Below, one piece after another: positions 37,465-47,157 of a stretch of 64,000 bases of DNA. Each line of letters starts with the position of its first letter. The stretch's first letter is position 1. The position numbers and the translations under genes were made by a program. The notes under the pieces were generated by a model. The model had not been told where the DNA came from. It saw nothing but the letters and a program-made list of their open reading frames with translations, and did not search any database. The stretch is from Candidatus Poribacteria bacterium (GTDB taxonomy: Bacteria > Poribacteria > WGA-4E > WGA-3G). Where the stretch lies: the NCBI GenBank assembly GCA_965205015.1, contig OZ242029.1, positions 2,176,001 to 2,240,000 on the forward strand. Reading direction: 5' to 3'.

Positions 37465-38478
37465 TTATTCCCACGCGTCAAGGACAACTTTCCCACAGTC
37501 ATGTGTACACTGCAACGCCCACGCTTCCTGAATCTCGCTCATAGGGAAGGTGTGCGTGATGAATGTATCCAACGGATCCTTCACTTGTGTAATCATCCGC
37601 ATCATAGCAGGCGTGTCTGCGAGATTGTAATGCCGCGTGCCGTGTAATGTCAAGCCTTTATTGATAATACCGCTCCCCTGAATTTCCACGTCACCAATGC
37701 CGCCAATCAATGAAATGTGTCCTTTCGGGCGTGTTACGTCAATCAATAATCGGACGGCTGCGGAAGCCGCTGAGCATTCGATACCTTTGTCTACCCCTTT
37801 GCCCTCCGTCAAATCTTGAATCTGATCGGCGACATCCTCGTCTTGTGGATTGACGACTTCCGCCGCACCGAGTTTTTTCGCCAGGGCCGCTCGATACGGA
37901 TGGCTCTCAACTGCGATGACGCGCGCACCTCTATACACGGCGTTAATCACGCCACCCAGTCCGATGGGTCCCATTCCCGTAATCAGAACAGTATCAAACG
38001 CGTTGATGTTCATCAACCGCATGGCATTAGATGTCGAGCCAAGTCCACAACATGCCATTCCAGCGTGATGATAGGAAACCCCCTCCGGGATCGGCACCAA
38101 TAGCCAGTCCTGTTTAAGGACGTACTGCGCGAAAGTCGCCGTTACACCCGTCTGTCCGGTAGCATGTAGGATCTTGTTGTCGTCCGGGCAGTGGGCATAT
38201 TCACCTGTTAAGCAGAGATGACACTTTCCACAAGGGAAGTGTGGCATGACGACAACGCGGTCGCCTACCTTGACAGTGCCCTCTTGTGCGATTTCTACCA
38301 CTTCACCCGCGGCTTCGTGTCCGAAAGTGTCACTTTTATGTTCGCTTGTGAAGCCTTTGTATTCCGTACACATGGGGACCGAATGAATTTTGACAACGAC
38401 GAACTCACCCTTCGCAACTGGGTCGGGTTTATCGATTAAGCCTGCCCTTTCGGGACCGAATTTTGCAACAACTTTCAT
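37465..38478 (-). CDS. Zn-binding (MDR) dehydrogenase
   Basis: MCTE, GHEAAG, CGKC..C...C, GMGPIG. Confidence 0.9.
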   Translation of the reverse strand: MKVVAKFGPERAGLIDKPDPVAKGEFVVVKIHSVPMCTEYKGFTSEHKSDTFGHEAAGEVVEIAQEGTVKVGDRVVVMPHFPCGKCHLCLTGEYAHCPDDNKILHATGQTGVTATFAQYVLKQDWLLVPIPEGVSYHHAGMACCGLGSTSNAMRLMNINAFDTVLITGMGPIGLGGVINAVYRGARVIAVESHPYRAALAKKLGAAEVVNPQDEDVADQIQDLTEGKGVDKGIECSAASAAVRLLIDVTRPKGHISLIGGIGDVEIQGSGIINKGLTLHGTRHYNLADTPAMMRMITQVKDPLDTFITHTFPMSEIQEAWALQCTHDCGKVVLDAWE

Positions 38479-38500
38479 TCAAACCTCCGTTTTTTGAATA

Positions 38501-39886
38501 TTAGGCGTCGGTTTCTTCTGCCGTCTCATCTTCGTGCATAATTTCCTTTAACTTGAGTCCAATCCGAAAAGCGGCGAGACAGATGCCTACTGAAATCGCG
38601 AACAACCATTGATAACCGATATGGGGAGCGAGAAATCCGGCAAGAAGGGGCCCGAAACTCACGGGCATAAGGAGCGTGTTCATGAAACCGATGTAACTCG
38701 GACGGTTCCGAGGCGGCGCGATGTTCAACATGTATGCCATAAACCCCACCATCATGCCGTTTGACAATATACCCCCAACGATGAAGATTAGGAAAAAGGC
38801 GGGCATTTGTAATGAAGTCGGCAGTAGACTCGATGAAAAAGCAAGCGCAGGTGGAATACCCATCAATCCTGCCGTGATAATCAGCAACCATCGCACCCCA
38901 TACTTTTCGCCGATGTGTCCCCAGAGTGTGTTTGAAACGACTCCACTGAGTGCCGAACAGACGATGAAAAATCCCATCGTTGCTTCTGAAAACCCGAGTT
39001 CATTCAACGCGTAGGGCATATAAAAGGGGGATGCCATGCCAGAGAAATGTGCGAAGACCCGGAAGAGAATAAAACGCCGATAATTGATGTCTGTTCGCAG
39101 AAAATGTGCCCCGTGTTTTAAATGTTGCCACATCGGTTGACGCCTCGGATGGACGGGATGGATAGGCTCGCGCACGCCCAAGAAACTCACGAAAGAGAAG
39201 AACGCTGAAGTCACCGAGCAGACAAAGAGAAAGGCGTAGTTATACGGGAACCCCAGATCGGTATCCAGACGACAAACGGAACCGATAAAATACATCGTGA
39301 CCGTTTTGAAAGTTTGCGTAATGCCACCGAGTATACCCGTAAATTCGGATTCGTCCCCCAGCACCGCACGAACAAGAAATCCAACCCAGATGGCGAAAAA
39401 TCCACCGTATAGTTGTCGCAGGCTGAAGAAACGCGCACGCTGTTGCGGGGCTATCGCTTTGGAAACGATGTCCATGTACGGAAGGGTCGAAATCCCCATG
39501 GCGGAGGAGGATATGAAATAGAGACACAAAAAAGAGGCGGCAAGCAGCATCGGCTTTTGCTCACCAATTGTGATAGTGCAGAAAAAGACAGCGAGCCAAG
39601 CTAAAACGCGAACGCTCATACCGAGCACGTAAAACGGCATTTTTCGCGGACGATGTTCAAGCAGGTTCGACATCAGCAGTTGGGGCCACATCCACCCCGC
39701 CGTCATCATTGAACCCGTTAAACCCACCAGAATATCGGAGCCACTTAATTTATGGATAAAAGCAGGAAGGACCGTCGATGAATCCGCAAACGCTAAGTTG
39801 ATACGCATAAAAGTGCCTTGGAGCACCCCAAATCGGAAGTTACGCGTTTTGGTGTCGGAGTTAGAAACCCCTTCTACTTTAGGCAT
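38501..39886 (-). CDS. MFS transporter
   Basis: About 12 hydrophobic helices; WGHIGEKYG and IAP..RA/RPSY loop motifs. Confidence 0.85.
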   Translation of the reverse strand: MPKVEGVSNSDTKTRNFRFGVLQGTFMRINLAFADSSTVLPAFIHKLSGSDILVGLTGSMMTAGWMWPQLLMSNLLEHRPRKMPFYVLGMSVRVLAWLAVFFCTITIGEQKPMLLAASFLCLYFISSSAMGISTLPYMDIVSKAIAPQQRARFFSLRQLYGGFFAIWVGFLVRAVLGDESEFTGILGGITQTFKTVTMYFIGSVCRLDTDLGFPYNYAFLFVCSVTSAFFSFVSFLGVREPIHPVHPRRQPMWQHLKHGAHFLRTDINYRRFILFRVFAHFSGMASPFYMPYALNELGFSEATMGFFIVCSALSGVVSNTLWGHIGEKYGVRWLLIITAGLMGIPPALAFSSSLLPTSLQMPAFFLIFIVGGILSNGMMVGFMAYMLNIAPPRNRPSYIGFMNTLLMPVSFGPLLAGFLAPHIGYQWLFAISVGICLAAFRIGLKLKEIMHEDETAEETDA

Positions 39887-40017
39887 TCTTTCTTTAATTC
39901 CTATCCAAGTTTCTTGTATCTATAGAGGTGTCAGCCATCGGTTGGCAGTCTGCTCGCAGTGAGAACCAGAGAACATTGTCGATACTCTGGTAAATTCTAA
40001 AAATAAATAGACATCTT

Positions 40018-40158
40018 GTAGGGGCTGCCCTTGTGGCTGCCCGACCGCTGCCCTTGTGGCTGCCCGACCGCTGCCCTTGTGGCTGCCCGACCGCTGCCCT
40101 TGTGGCTGCCCGACCGCTGCCCTTGTGGCTGCCCGACCGCTGCCCTTGTGGCTGCCCG
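40018..40158. repeat. Tandem array of a 23-bp unit (5 full copies plus 1 partial) derived from a GTAG REP
   Basis: GTAGGG followed by (GCTGCCCTTGTGGCTGCCCGACC)n from 40024; identical units, no spacers. Confidence 0.9.
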
Positions 40159-40438
40159 CGACGCATCGGGTGCTGACTGCTGAAAGCGTAGCGACCTGAC
40201 TGCTGACGGCTACTCTATCTTTTGACATAATTTTTGCAATTAGGTTGAATTGAAATTGCCATCGTTTATTCGGCACGAAAACAAAATTTCCTTTACAGTC
40301 CCCCAAAGTTGTGCTAAAGTTCATATAAACTTTTTTCGCTATCAGGTTTTTTGAGTACTCTGGATATCCTTTTTAAAATCGGATCGCAAACCTGCAGCAA
40401 TACGCAGAAACACCCAAGCAAAGACACCAAGCAAAAAC

Positions 40439-40628
40439 ACGCAGGCGACTTTAGAGAAGGATACGTCAAAGTTCTAACCTATGTCGTTCTCCCGCAAGGA
40501 AAAATTAGGAATCTGAGCATCTTTTTTATCATCGGATTACAAGCCTGCAACAACGGCGCAGGCGACTCCAGAGAAGGGTGCGTCAAAGTTCTAACCCACG
40601 TCGTTCTCCCGCAAGGAAAAATTAAAAA
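40439..40628 (+). repeat. Repeated structured leader element, tandem copies B and C (117-bp period)
   Basis: GCAGGCGACT...AGAGAAGG..CGTCAAAGTTCTAACC..GTCGTTCTCCCGCAAGGAAAAATTA occurs twice; related to 6283. Confidence 0.75.
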
Positions 40629-41582
40629 ATGGAACCTCTTCGGATTGGATTTCTCGGTGCCGGCGGTTTCGCAAGGCACACCATTTATCCCGCACTACAT
40701 CTCGCCCCTGTCGCATTGCAAGCCGTTTGTGATGCCGACGAAGATCGCGCAAAAGACGCTGCTGGCAAATTCGGTACAGGAAGATATTACACCGATCGGC
40801 ACGAAATGTTTGAAAAGGAAGACCTCGAAGCAGTCATCATCTCCATGGGACCCGACCCGCGGCAGCCGCTTGTGCTTGAAACGCTGGAGGCAGGATACCA
40901 CGTCTTCGTTCCCAAACCCCCCGCACCATCGCTCGCAGAAACAATCACGCTGGCGGAAACTGCAGAACAGCAGGGTAAGACCCTGATGGTAAACTTCCAG
41001 CGCCGGTTCAGCCTCGGGGTGCGGGAGGCAAGAGAGATTATGCAGACCGAATCCTTCGGGCAACTCACGCAGCTCTTCTGCTCCTTCTGTAGTGGTAAGT
41101 ACCCGACAGTCAAAAGTTACCTGCTCGATTTTGCCATCCACCACTTCGATTTAGCGCGGCACATCGCTGGCGCGGATGTGAAAGAACTTAGCGTTTTTCA
41201 CAATGAAGTCGACGGGCAAGGTGCCTTTGCTGTCGCCGTAGAATATACAAACGGTGCTGTGGGAAGTTTACAGTTGACCAGCCAACGCTTGTGGCAGCGC
41301 AACTATGACTACATCGAAATCACGGGACAACATGAATACATCGTTTTAGACGGATTGTGGGGTGCCCAACACTTCACCGAATCCGGCAATACCTTCACCT
41401 CAAACTTCTCCGATCAGCGCAATGGCGAATTAACAGGCGATGGTATCAGTCTCACCGAGTTCGCCAACGCCATTCGTGAAGACCGAGAGCCAATATCCAG
41501 CATACACGACTGTGTTGGCACGATGCGGTTCTACGATGCGGTCCTTCAACGCAAAAAAGGCGTTATCTCCTTAGTCGATTAG
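40629..41582 (+). CDS. Gfo/Idh/MocA oxidoreductase
   Basis: IGFLGAGG, GYHVFVPKP (variant of EKP), FQRRF, DFAIH. Confidence 0.88.
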   Translation: MEPLRIGFLGAGGFARHTIYPALHLAPVALQAVCDADEDRAKDAAGKFGTGRYYTDRHEMFEKEDLEAVIISMGPDPRQPLVLETLEAGYHVFVPKPPAPSLAETITLAETAEQQGKTLMVNFQRRFSLGVREAREIMQTESFGQLTQLFCSFCSGKYPTVKSYLLDFAIHHFDLARHIAGADVKELSVFHNEVDGQGAFAVAVEYTNGAVGSLQLTSQRLWQRNYDYIEITGQHEYIVLDGLWGAQHFTESGNTFTSNFSDQRNGELTGDGISLTEFANAIREDREPISSIHDCVGTMRFYDAVLQRKKGVISLVD

Positions 41583-41609
41583 CCTGACCGAGACCCGCAC
41601 TCCCTATTC

Positions 41610-41637
41610 GCTGGCGAGGTTTCCCAACCTCGCCAAC
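41610..41637. repeat. REP-like palindrome (copy of the 5583 element)
   Basis: GCTGGCGAGGTTTCCCAACCTCGCCAAC, between convergent genes. Confidence 0.7.
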
Positions 41638-41660
41638 CCGCCGGTATACACGTATGACCC

Positions 41661-43115
41661 CTATTCGCTACTAATACGCTCCAAAACTCCGAGACACGTC
41701 TCCCCATTAACCAATCGATGATAATATCCGCTGACGCGTTCCATGAAGTCCCGGTTCCGCTCCAAACCGATCGCGGACGCAGTGCCGGCAGGCGACCACA
41801 ACGCCGCATTTGAGAGAATCGTCGATATCCGTTCCCCTACATCTGATTCGCTCGCGCCAAACGCGCCTTTCAGGATGTCCTGTATCGTCCGATCAGGATC
41901 CCGGATTTCGTATGCCTCACCCGTATCGGTGATACCTTGGTAGTCTTCAGGAGACGAGATTGTATGTGGGGTCAGAAACCGAAGGACCGTTGCGAAGGAA
42001 TACGCGAAGTCGGATTTGAAGCGTTCTGTGCTCGCATCATAGTTCGGTGATCGGACGATATCGGCGGCGCGTTCACGAAGTTTCACCGTTTCAATGATGT
42101 TAATCCTGGCATTGTCGTCTTTGACACGACGGATGCGTTCAATGAATTCCAATGAATAGGCCCGCGCATTTTTTCCAGCGATCGGGATGTCCGCCTCTAC
42201 AATCTGAGCGTATCCATCCATCAGACGCTCTAAGTGTGGCGCAAACGTTGGATGTGCCGCTGCTTCGTTGACATATTCAATACCAGAGAGGGTGCCTTTG
42301 TGTGTAATCCCCGGCACATGCACGGAATTCACCAAGAGCAACTTCCAGTCGTGATACGGTTCAATGCTCTCCTGACTCACAACAACGCCGTAGTCTTGAA
42401 GTTCACCGAACGGTACCCGCAACAGGTCGTCCGAATCCTCCAAGATAAGCGGTGTCGCTGGCATTGCCTCGGCGTACGTTATCAATGCATCTTGACTTTC
42501 GATCTGGGTACGCGCTTCCTCTTGAATCTCATCGGGTACAGCGTAGACCTGCGGCACAAGTCGGTCTCCCATTTCGTTGAGAAACCCTACCTTTGTTTCC
42601 AACCACGCCGCGTAAGCATCACTCCGTTTCGGATACGCATTGCAGAGAATATCGCGGATAATATCGCCGTTATTTCGGAGGTTATCGGTGTTGATAACAC
42701 AAAGCGTCGCCTCCGCACCGTGATGATGGAAATAGCGATGGAGGGTCTCTTCCAACACATCCATCGCCAATTCACCCTTGGCGATGCCGGCTTCAGTTAC
42801 GCCGATAAGGAGGAGATCCAACGGATGTTCTGTCTGTGCGTAAAACTGCTCGCGTCCTGCCTCTGTAGCGAGTGTCGTCGCACCAACGACGCTTGAGACC
42901 TGTTGGATGTCATGAACACCACGCATATCGAACGTGACAACGTGGTATATACCGTCTTGTTGGTTGAAGGCATCGGCTTTCTCAGTGCCACGCGGCTGAC
43001 CGACAAAGATGCCGCCGTCATAGAGGTTCCGTTGGTTGAGGATATGGACGAATTCGTGGGTTAAAGCGCGTTGCAAGCCGCCTGCTCCGATCGCCAGGAT
43101 TTTTACTGGAAGCAT
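41661..43115 (-). CDS. Mannitol dehydrogenase family, tagaturonate reductase (UxaB)-like, divergent
   Basis: IGAGG..RA, FNQQDG.Y, TEAG, L..NG..IR, F.N.MGDRLVP, KL.LVNSVH. Confidence 0.7.
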   Translation of the reverse strand: MLPVKILAIGAGGLQRALTHEFVHILNQRNLYDGGIFVGQPRGTEKADAFNQQDGIYHVVTFDMRGVHDIQQVSSVVGATTLATEAGREQFYAQTEHPLDLLLIGVTEAGIAKGELAMDVLEETLHRYFHHHGAEATLCVINTDNLRNNGDIIRDILCNAYPKRSDAYAAWLETKVGFLNEMGDRLVPQVYAVPDEIQEEARTQIESQDALITYAEAMPATPLILEDSDDLLRVPFGELQDYGVVVSQESIEPYHDWKLLLVNSVHVPGITHKGTLSGIEYVNEAAAHPTFAPHLERLMDGYAQIVEADIPIAGKNARAYSLEFIERIRRVKDDNARINIIETVKLRERAADIVRSPNYDASTERFKSDFAYSFATVLRFLTPHTISSPEDYQGITDTGEAYEIRDPDRTIQDILKGAFGASESDVGERISTILSNAALWSPAGTASAIGLERNRDFMERVSGYYHRLVNGETCLGVLERISSE

Positions 43116-43193
43116 CAGTTATTCTCCTTCTTTATGGGTATGCCCTTTCGGTATGTGGTGGTTGTATAAGACTTCCCTGCAACAAACCGCTCT

Positions 43194-44402
43194 TTACTGA
43201 CCGCCGACTGCTGACGGCTGACCGCCATCTTTTCCTAAAATATCATCATAGAGGGCTAAATAAGCGTCGGCGATGTGTTTCCAATCGTAGGGCTTAACGC
43301 GTTCAACACTCGCTTTGCCCATCTCAACACGACCTTCACCGGCATTAATCAGTTTGACGAGTGAGTGTGCAAGTCCATCAACATCACCCGCGTCGAAAAG
43401 CGTACCGTTAACGTCCTCCACCACGAGTTCATCAATGCCTTGAACGCGGCTCGCAACGATCGGCAATCCCGTCCCCATCGCCTCCAAAACGACAAGCGGC
43501 ATCCCTTCCGCGAGCGAGGGCAAGATGAAAACGTCAGCGTCGCGATACTTTTGTGGCAACTCGGCATACGGCACTGAACCTGCAAAGCGGATATGGGACG
43601 CGACGCCGAGATCTTCTGACAATCTTAGAAGTTCCCCTTGATACGGTCCATCGCCGACAATTTCAATTTCAAAGTTGTGTGCTGCGTTTTCAATAATGTG
43701 CGGGAGCGCGCGAATCAGAAATTGGAACCCTTTACGCGGTATAAGCCTCCCGATTGTGAGCACTCGGACTTTTTCGGGGCAAGCGTCGCGTTGAACCGGC
43801 TCAAAACGTCCTAAATCCAAACCGTCAGGGATCACATCCATTTTCACAATCGAGTCCGTCTCTCGTGCCAGTTCGCGTAAACCGTCGCTACACGCCACAA
43901 CCGCTGATGCGTTGCCCCAAATCGCTCGGATGATCGGTTTCAGGAGCAGATATAACCACCGATAATAGGGTGGATCCGGATTACGGCTCGGCACATCACG
44001 TCCCCCCAAAAACACAACATACGGCACGTTGCGGAGTTTCTGCAGAAGATACGCACCGCCACCCGCCGGGATACCAAAAAAGACCTGAACGATGTCGGGT
44101 TGAAACCGCTGCGCAAACCGCAATCCGTAGAGACTTGAACTTACGGCGTAAGTTAGCATTTCGTGGACCGCACACACATCACGGTTCTTCCGAAGTGCAC
44201 GCACGCGATGCACATAAAAACCCTCCACTTTCTCATCTATCGGACAATCACGAAACTGAGAAGTAATCAGATGCACTTCATGTCCCGCCGCCGCGAAGTG
44301 TTTACCTAAGAAGTAGCTGACCCAACCACCACCCCCACCAATCGGTGGAAATTCGTGATTGAACATCACAATTTTTTTCTTTTTAATTTTTCCTTTATTC
44401 AT
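43194..44402 (-). CDS. Glycosyltransferase family 4
   Basis: EFPPIGGG, GRL..RKG, PSLAEGMPLVVLEAMG.GLPIV. Confidence 0.92.
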   Translation of the reverse strand: MNKGKIKKKKIVMFNHEFPPIGGGGGWVSYFLGKHFAAAGHEVHLITSQFRDCPIDEKVEGFYVHRVRALRKNRDVCAVHEMLTYAVSSSLYGLRFAQRFQPDIVQVFFGIPAGGGAYLLQKLRNVPYVVFLGGRDVPSRNPDPPYYRWLYLLLKPIIRAIWGNASAVVACSDGLRELARETDSIVKMDVIPDGLDLGRFEPVQRDACPEKVRVLTIGRLIPRKGFQFLIRALPHIIENAAHNFEIEIVGDGPYQGELLRLSEDLGVASHIRFAGSVPYAELPQKYRDADVFILPSLAEGMPLVVLEAMGTGLPIVASRVQGIDELVVEDVNGTLFDAGDVDGLAHSLVKLINAGEGRVEMGKASVERVKPYDWKHIADAYLALYDDILGKDGGQPSAVGGQ

Positions 44403-45277
44403 GGCATCACAAACGACGTTACGAATTCAATAATCACACCCGCGATATCGATACCTGTGACCGACTCCAGTTCCTCGAAACCCGGGGATGGGTTGACTTC
44501 CAGGACAACGGGTCCCTCGTTTGTCTGGAGCAGATCGACCCCGGCTATCTTCAATTCCAGTGCTGCTGCCGCTTCTATAGCCAAGCGGATGTATTCATCA
44601 GGCAGTGTGATCGTTTCTCCAGACGCGCCTTTGTGAATATTCGCTCGGAATTCACCAGGGGGCGCGCTCCTTTTCATCGCCGCAATGACTTCATCCCCTA
44701 CGACAAGAACACGGATGTCAACGCCCCCTGCTTCCGCAATAAACGACTGGATGACGTAGTCCTGATGAAGATCGCACAGCGTATCTACAGCCGAAGTGAG
44801 CGATGTCGGCGTATCTAACAACATAACGCCTGTGCCGTGTGTGCCGTGAAACGGTTTTAAAATAAACGGATACTCCCCGACTTCCGCCACAGCGTCCTCT
44901 AAAAACGCTGCGGAGCCGACGGTGAGACTCGGTGGGATAGGTAAACCGTGTTGCGCAAGGATGCGCAGGGAGTGGAATTTGTGGCGTGCCGCTGCAATCG
45001 CTTTTGCCCGATTCACCACAGGCGTGCCGATCCATTCAAAATGCGCCAAGACCTCTTCGCCATATTGCGCTGTCGTCCGGCTGAGCCGTGGCACAATAAC
45101 ATCAAAATCTTCTGCCGGTTTCCCGTGATAGGTAATACGGTTACCGGTACCACCGATATGGAGATAGAAACCGAAGGGATCTAAAATTTCTGCGGTGTAT
45201 CCTGCAGTGAGGGCTGTTTCGCTAAGCCTGCGTGTGGAGTGGTTTTGAGGTCCCCGTGAGAGGATGCCGATTTTCAT
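44399..45277 (-). CDS. rimK: RimK-family alpha-L-glutamate ligase
   Basis: MKIGILSR...STRRL, G..G.GV, DIRVLVVG, FRANIHKG, EVNPSPG. Confidence 0.85.
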   Translation of the reverse strand: MKIGILSRGPQNHSTRRLSETALTAGYTAEILDPFGFYLHIGGTGNRITYHGKPAEDFDVIVPRLSRTTAQYGEEVLAHFEWIGTPVVNRAKAIAAARHKFHSLRILAQHGLPIPPSLTVGSAAFLEDAVAEVGEYPFILKPFHGTHGTGVMLLDTPTSLTSAVDTLCDLHQDYVIQSFIAEAGGVDIRVLVVGDEVIAAMKRSAPPGEFRANIHKGASGETITLPDEYIRLAIEAAAALELKIAGVDLLQTNEGPVVLEVNPSPGFEELESVTGIDIAGVIIEFVTSFVMP

Positions 45278-45325
45278 AGTGTGATGACAGAATCAAATCC
45301 TCTGCCGGTGGATAGGGATATAATG

Positions 45326-45859
45326 CTATCTGGATGCTGACGAGTTCCCACCTATGAGCAGCTCCAAGGGTTCCGTTGATTCTCGCAAAAGTTTCAGTGC
45401 CGCCTCTCCCCGACAACGACGTTCGTTTTGGAGTTCAGATACACGTGTTCTGAAGAGCAGCATCGTCTCAGCCACCCCCGGTTCGGTAACAGCGCCAGCA
45501 AGCACGCCTCGAATAATCAATTGGACATTTTTGAGCGCCGGGTTCTGTTGAACAGACAGGGTTGCGCACTCGTTAATCAGAGAGCGATACTCGTTTAGTA
45601 AATCGGGTCCTACAAGCGCATTGCTCTCTGTAATCAATGACTCAGCGTCCAAGACAAAACCGAAAGTTTGATCCTTCCCATTCTCATCAAAAATACTGTA
45701 GCGGTCATTGACAAACATAAAAATGTACTGATGATCACCTGCTAAAAAATCCTCGATGCAAAACCTTTTACCGTACCAATCTTTCGTCGGAACAATAGTT
45801 CCCTTCTCAAGACACTCATTATAATGAGATTCATCAGTTGTGTAATACGCATCAGCCAT
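45326..45859 (-). CDS. Hypothetical protein
   Basis: About 178 aa from the ATG (MADAYY), filling the gap between co-directional genes; no family securely recognised. Confidence 0.5.
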   Translation of the reverse strand: MADAYYTTDESHYNECLEKGTIVPTKDWYGKRFCIEDFLAGDHQYIFMFVNDRYSIFDENGKDQTFGFVLDAESLITESNALVGPDLLNEYRSLINECATLSVQQNPALKNVQLIIRGVLAGAVTEPGVAETMLLFRTRVSELQNERRCRGEAALKLLRESTEPLELLIGGNSSASR

Positions 45860-45990
45860 AGGATAGACCTTTCTATAACGATAGTAGGAGCGATGCTCCA
45901 ACGCATCGACAGGTTAGAATTTAGACGGATTAGAATTTACTAAAGCAAGATCCTTTTCTTTTTTTGATTCCTTCCGTCCTCAATTAGGTG

Positions 45991-47013
45991 TCAACCTTCA
46001 TTCCTTTTATACGTTGTGGTCAGAAAATCCGCCAACTCCTCAAACGTATCAAATATCCGATCACACAAGTTCTCAAAGAAGATACTCCGCGTCCCTGGGT
46101 AAACCGCATATACAGGCTTGTTATGGCGGGAAGCGTAGTTCATCTCGCTGAGAACGCCGGGCGATAATTTATCCGTCGGATAAATCACAACCACGAAATC
46201 GCTCTGGTGAACGAACTGATAATCCCGTGAGATTGTTCGCGTCTGAATCTGTTCAATCACTTCCTCACCCATTTCACTCACGCGTGGGGCATCAGCACTT
46301 TCATCTTTCGTGAGCGTAACGAGTTCCATGTCCTTAATCGTGAGCGGATCGAAGACAATGAAGGAACGGCTCAGCTTTTCCCCGATCTCGCGGATCTTCT
46401 CAATTTCCTTCGGCGTATCCCTCAGGAGCGTGATGGGGTAGCTGAGGTAAAATTTCGGTTTCGGTGAAAAGAGGAGTTCATAAAAATTCTCGAGGTTGTG
46501 CTGTCTCGCAACGGTGTAATGGGGTTTCTCCGTGAAATGTGCGAGTTGCCGCGTCAGGAACTCTTCTTCATCCAGCCAGACGTTGAGTGCCGCTTTTCCC
46601 ATCCCTTCCCATTGTGGTGTTTTTTCCATCCGTTCCGATATATCCGTGATGTTGTCGACAACGTTAATCAGCAGATCCGGTAGAAGAATGTCAATATCTT
46701 TAAAAGAAAATCCCTCAATGAGGCTCCCGCGCCACCGGAAACAGGCGTGTAATCCAATGACAGCATGCTCATAATCCTCGGCGCGCCGTGCGATTTCATA
46801 GAAAGCCGTGCGCCGTGCCAGTGATAAAACAGCAGGATCCGAATCGAGGACCTTGTCCGTAAAATGGACACGCGCCTCCGCAGCAACACGGTGCATCACA
46901 TCGCCGACATTGAAGAAACCGATATTCAACTTTCGTTTCATGCACAGTATCTTAAAATTCGCCATCAGCTCCTTACGCCCTGAACAACTGATACCAGTAC
47001 AAATAATTTTCAT
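45991..47013 (-). CDS. Archaeal-type adenylate-kinase-like P-loop domain fused to a nucleoside 2-deoxyribosyltransferase-like domain
   Basis: N-terminus: TGISCSGRK, NVGDVM, H..F, L.PD. C-terminus: FYLSYP, FDP, RD...V.QSDFVV, SPGV.SEM.YA....KPVY. Confidence 0.6.
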   Translation of the reverse strand: MKIICTGISCSGRKELMANFKILCMKRKLNIGFFNVGDVMHRVAAEARVHFTDKVLDSDPAVLSLARRTAFYEIARRAEDYEHAVIGLHACFRWRGSLIEGFSFKDIDILLPDLLINVVDNITDISERMEKTPQWEGMGKAALNVWLDEEEFLTRQLAHFTEKPHYTVARQHNLENFYELLFSPKPKFYLSYPITLLRDTPKEIEKIREIGEKLSRSFIVFDPLTIKDMELVTLTKDESADAPRVSEMGEEVIEQIQTRTISRDYQFVHQSDFVVVIYPTDKLSPGVLSEMNYASRHNKPVYAVYPGTRSIFFENLCDRIFDTFEELADFLTTTYKRNEG

Positions 47014-47157
47014 TTTTTTGATTATGTACTCCTGGGCGATGCCTCCGTTGTCGGCATCGATCCAGAATCGTTAAAAAACCTGCTTTAGGATATCAAGGGT
47101 TTGTTAACGATTGGAAATCTGCAAGGACAACGGACGCAGCAGCTCATATTTAATAGT

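Noticed and set aside
40024-40158. Possible CRISPR array (23-bp repeats)
   Set aside because: Units are head-to-tail with no spacers, and no cas genes are present
39894-40986. ORFs 39894-40166, 39920-40324 and 40351-40986
   Set aside because: They are translations of DNA repeats (23-bp array, 117-bp duplication), and the last overlaps a real gene out of frame
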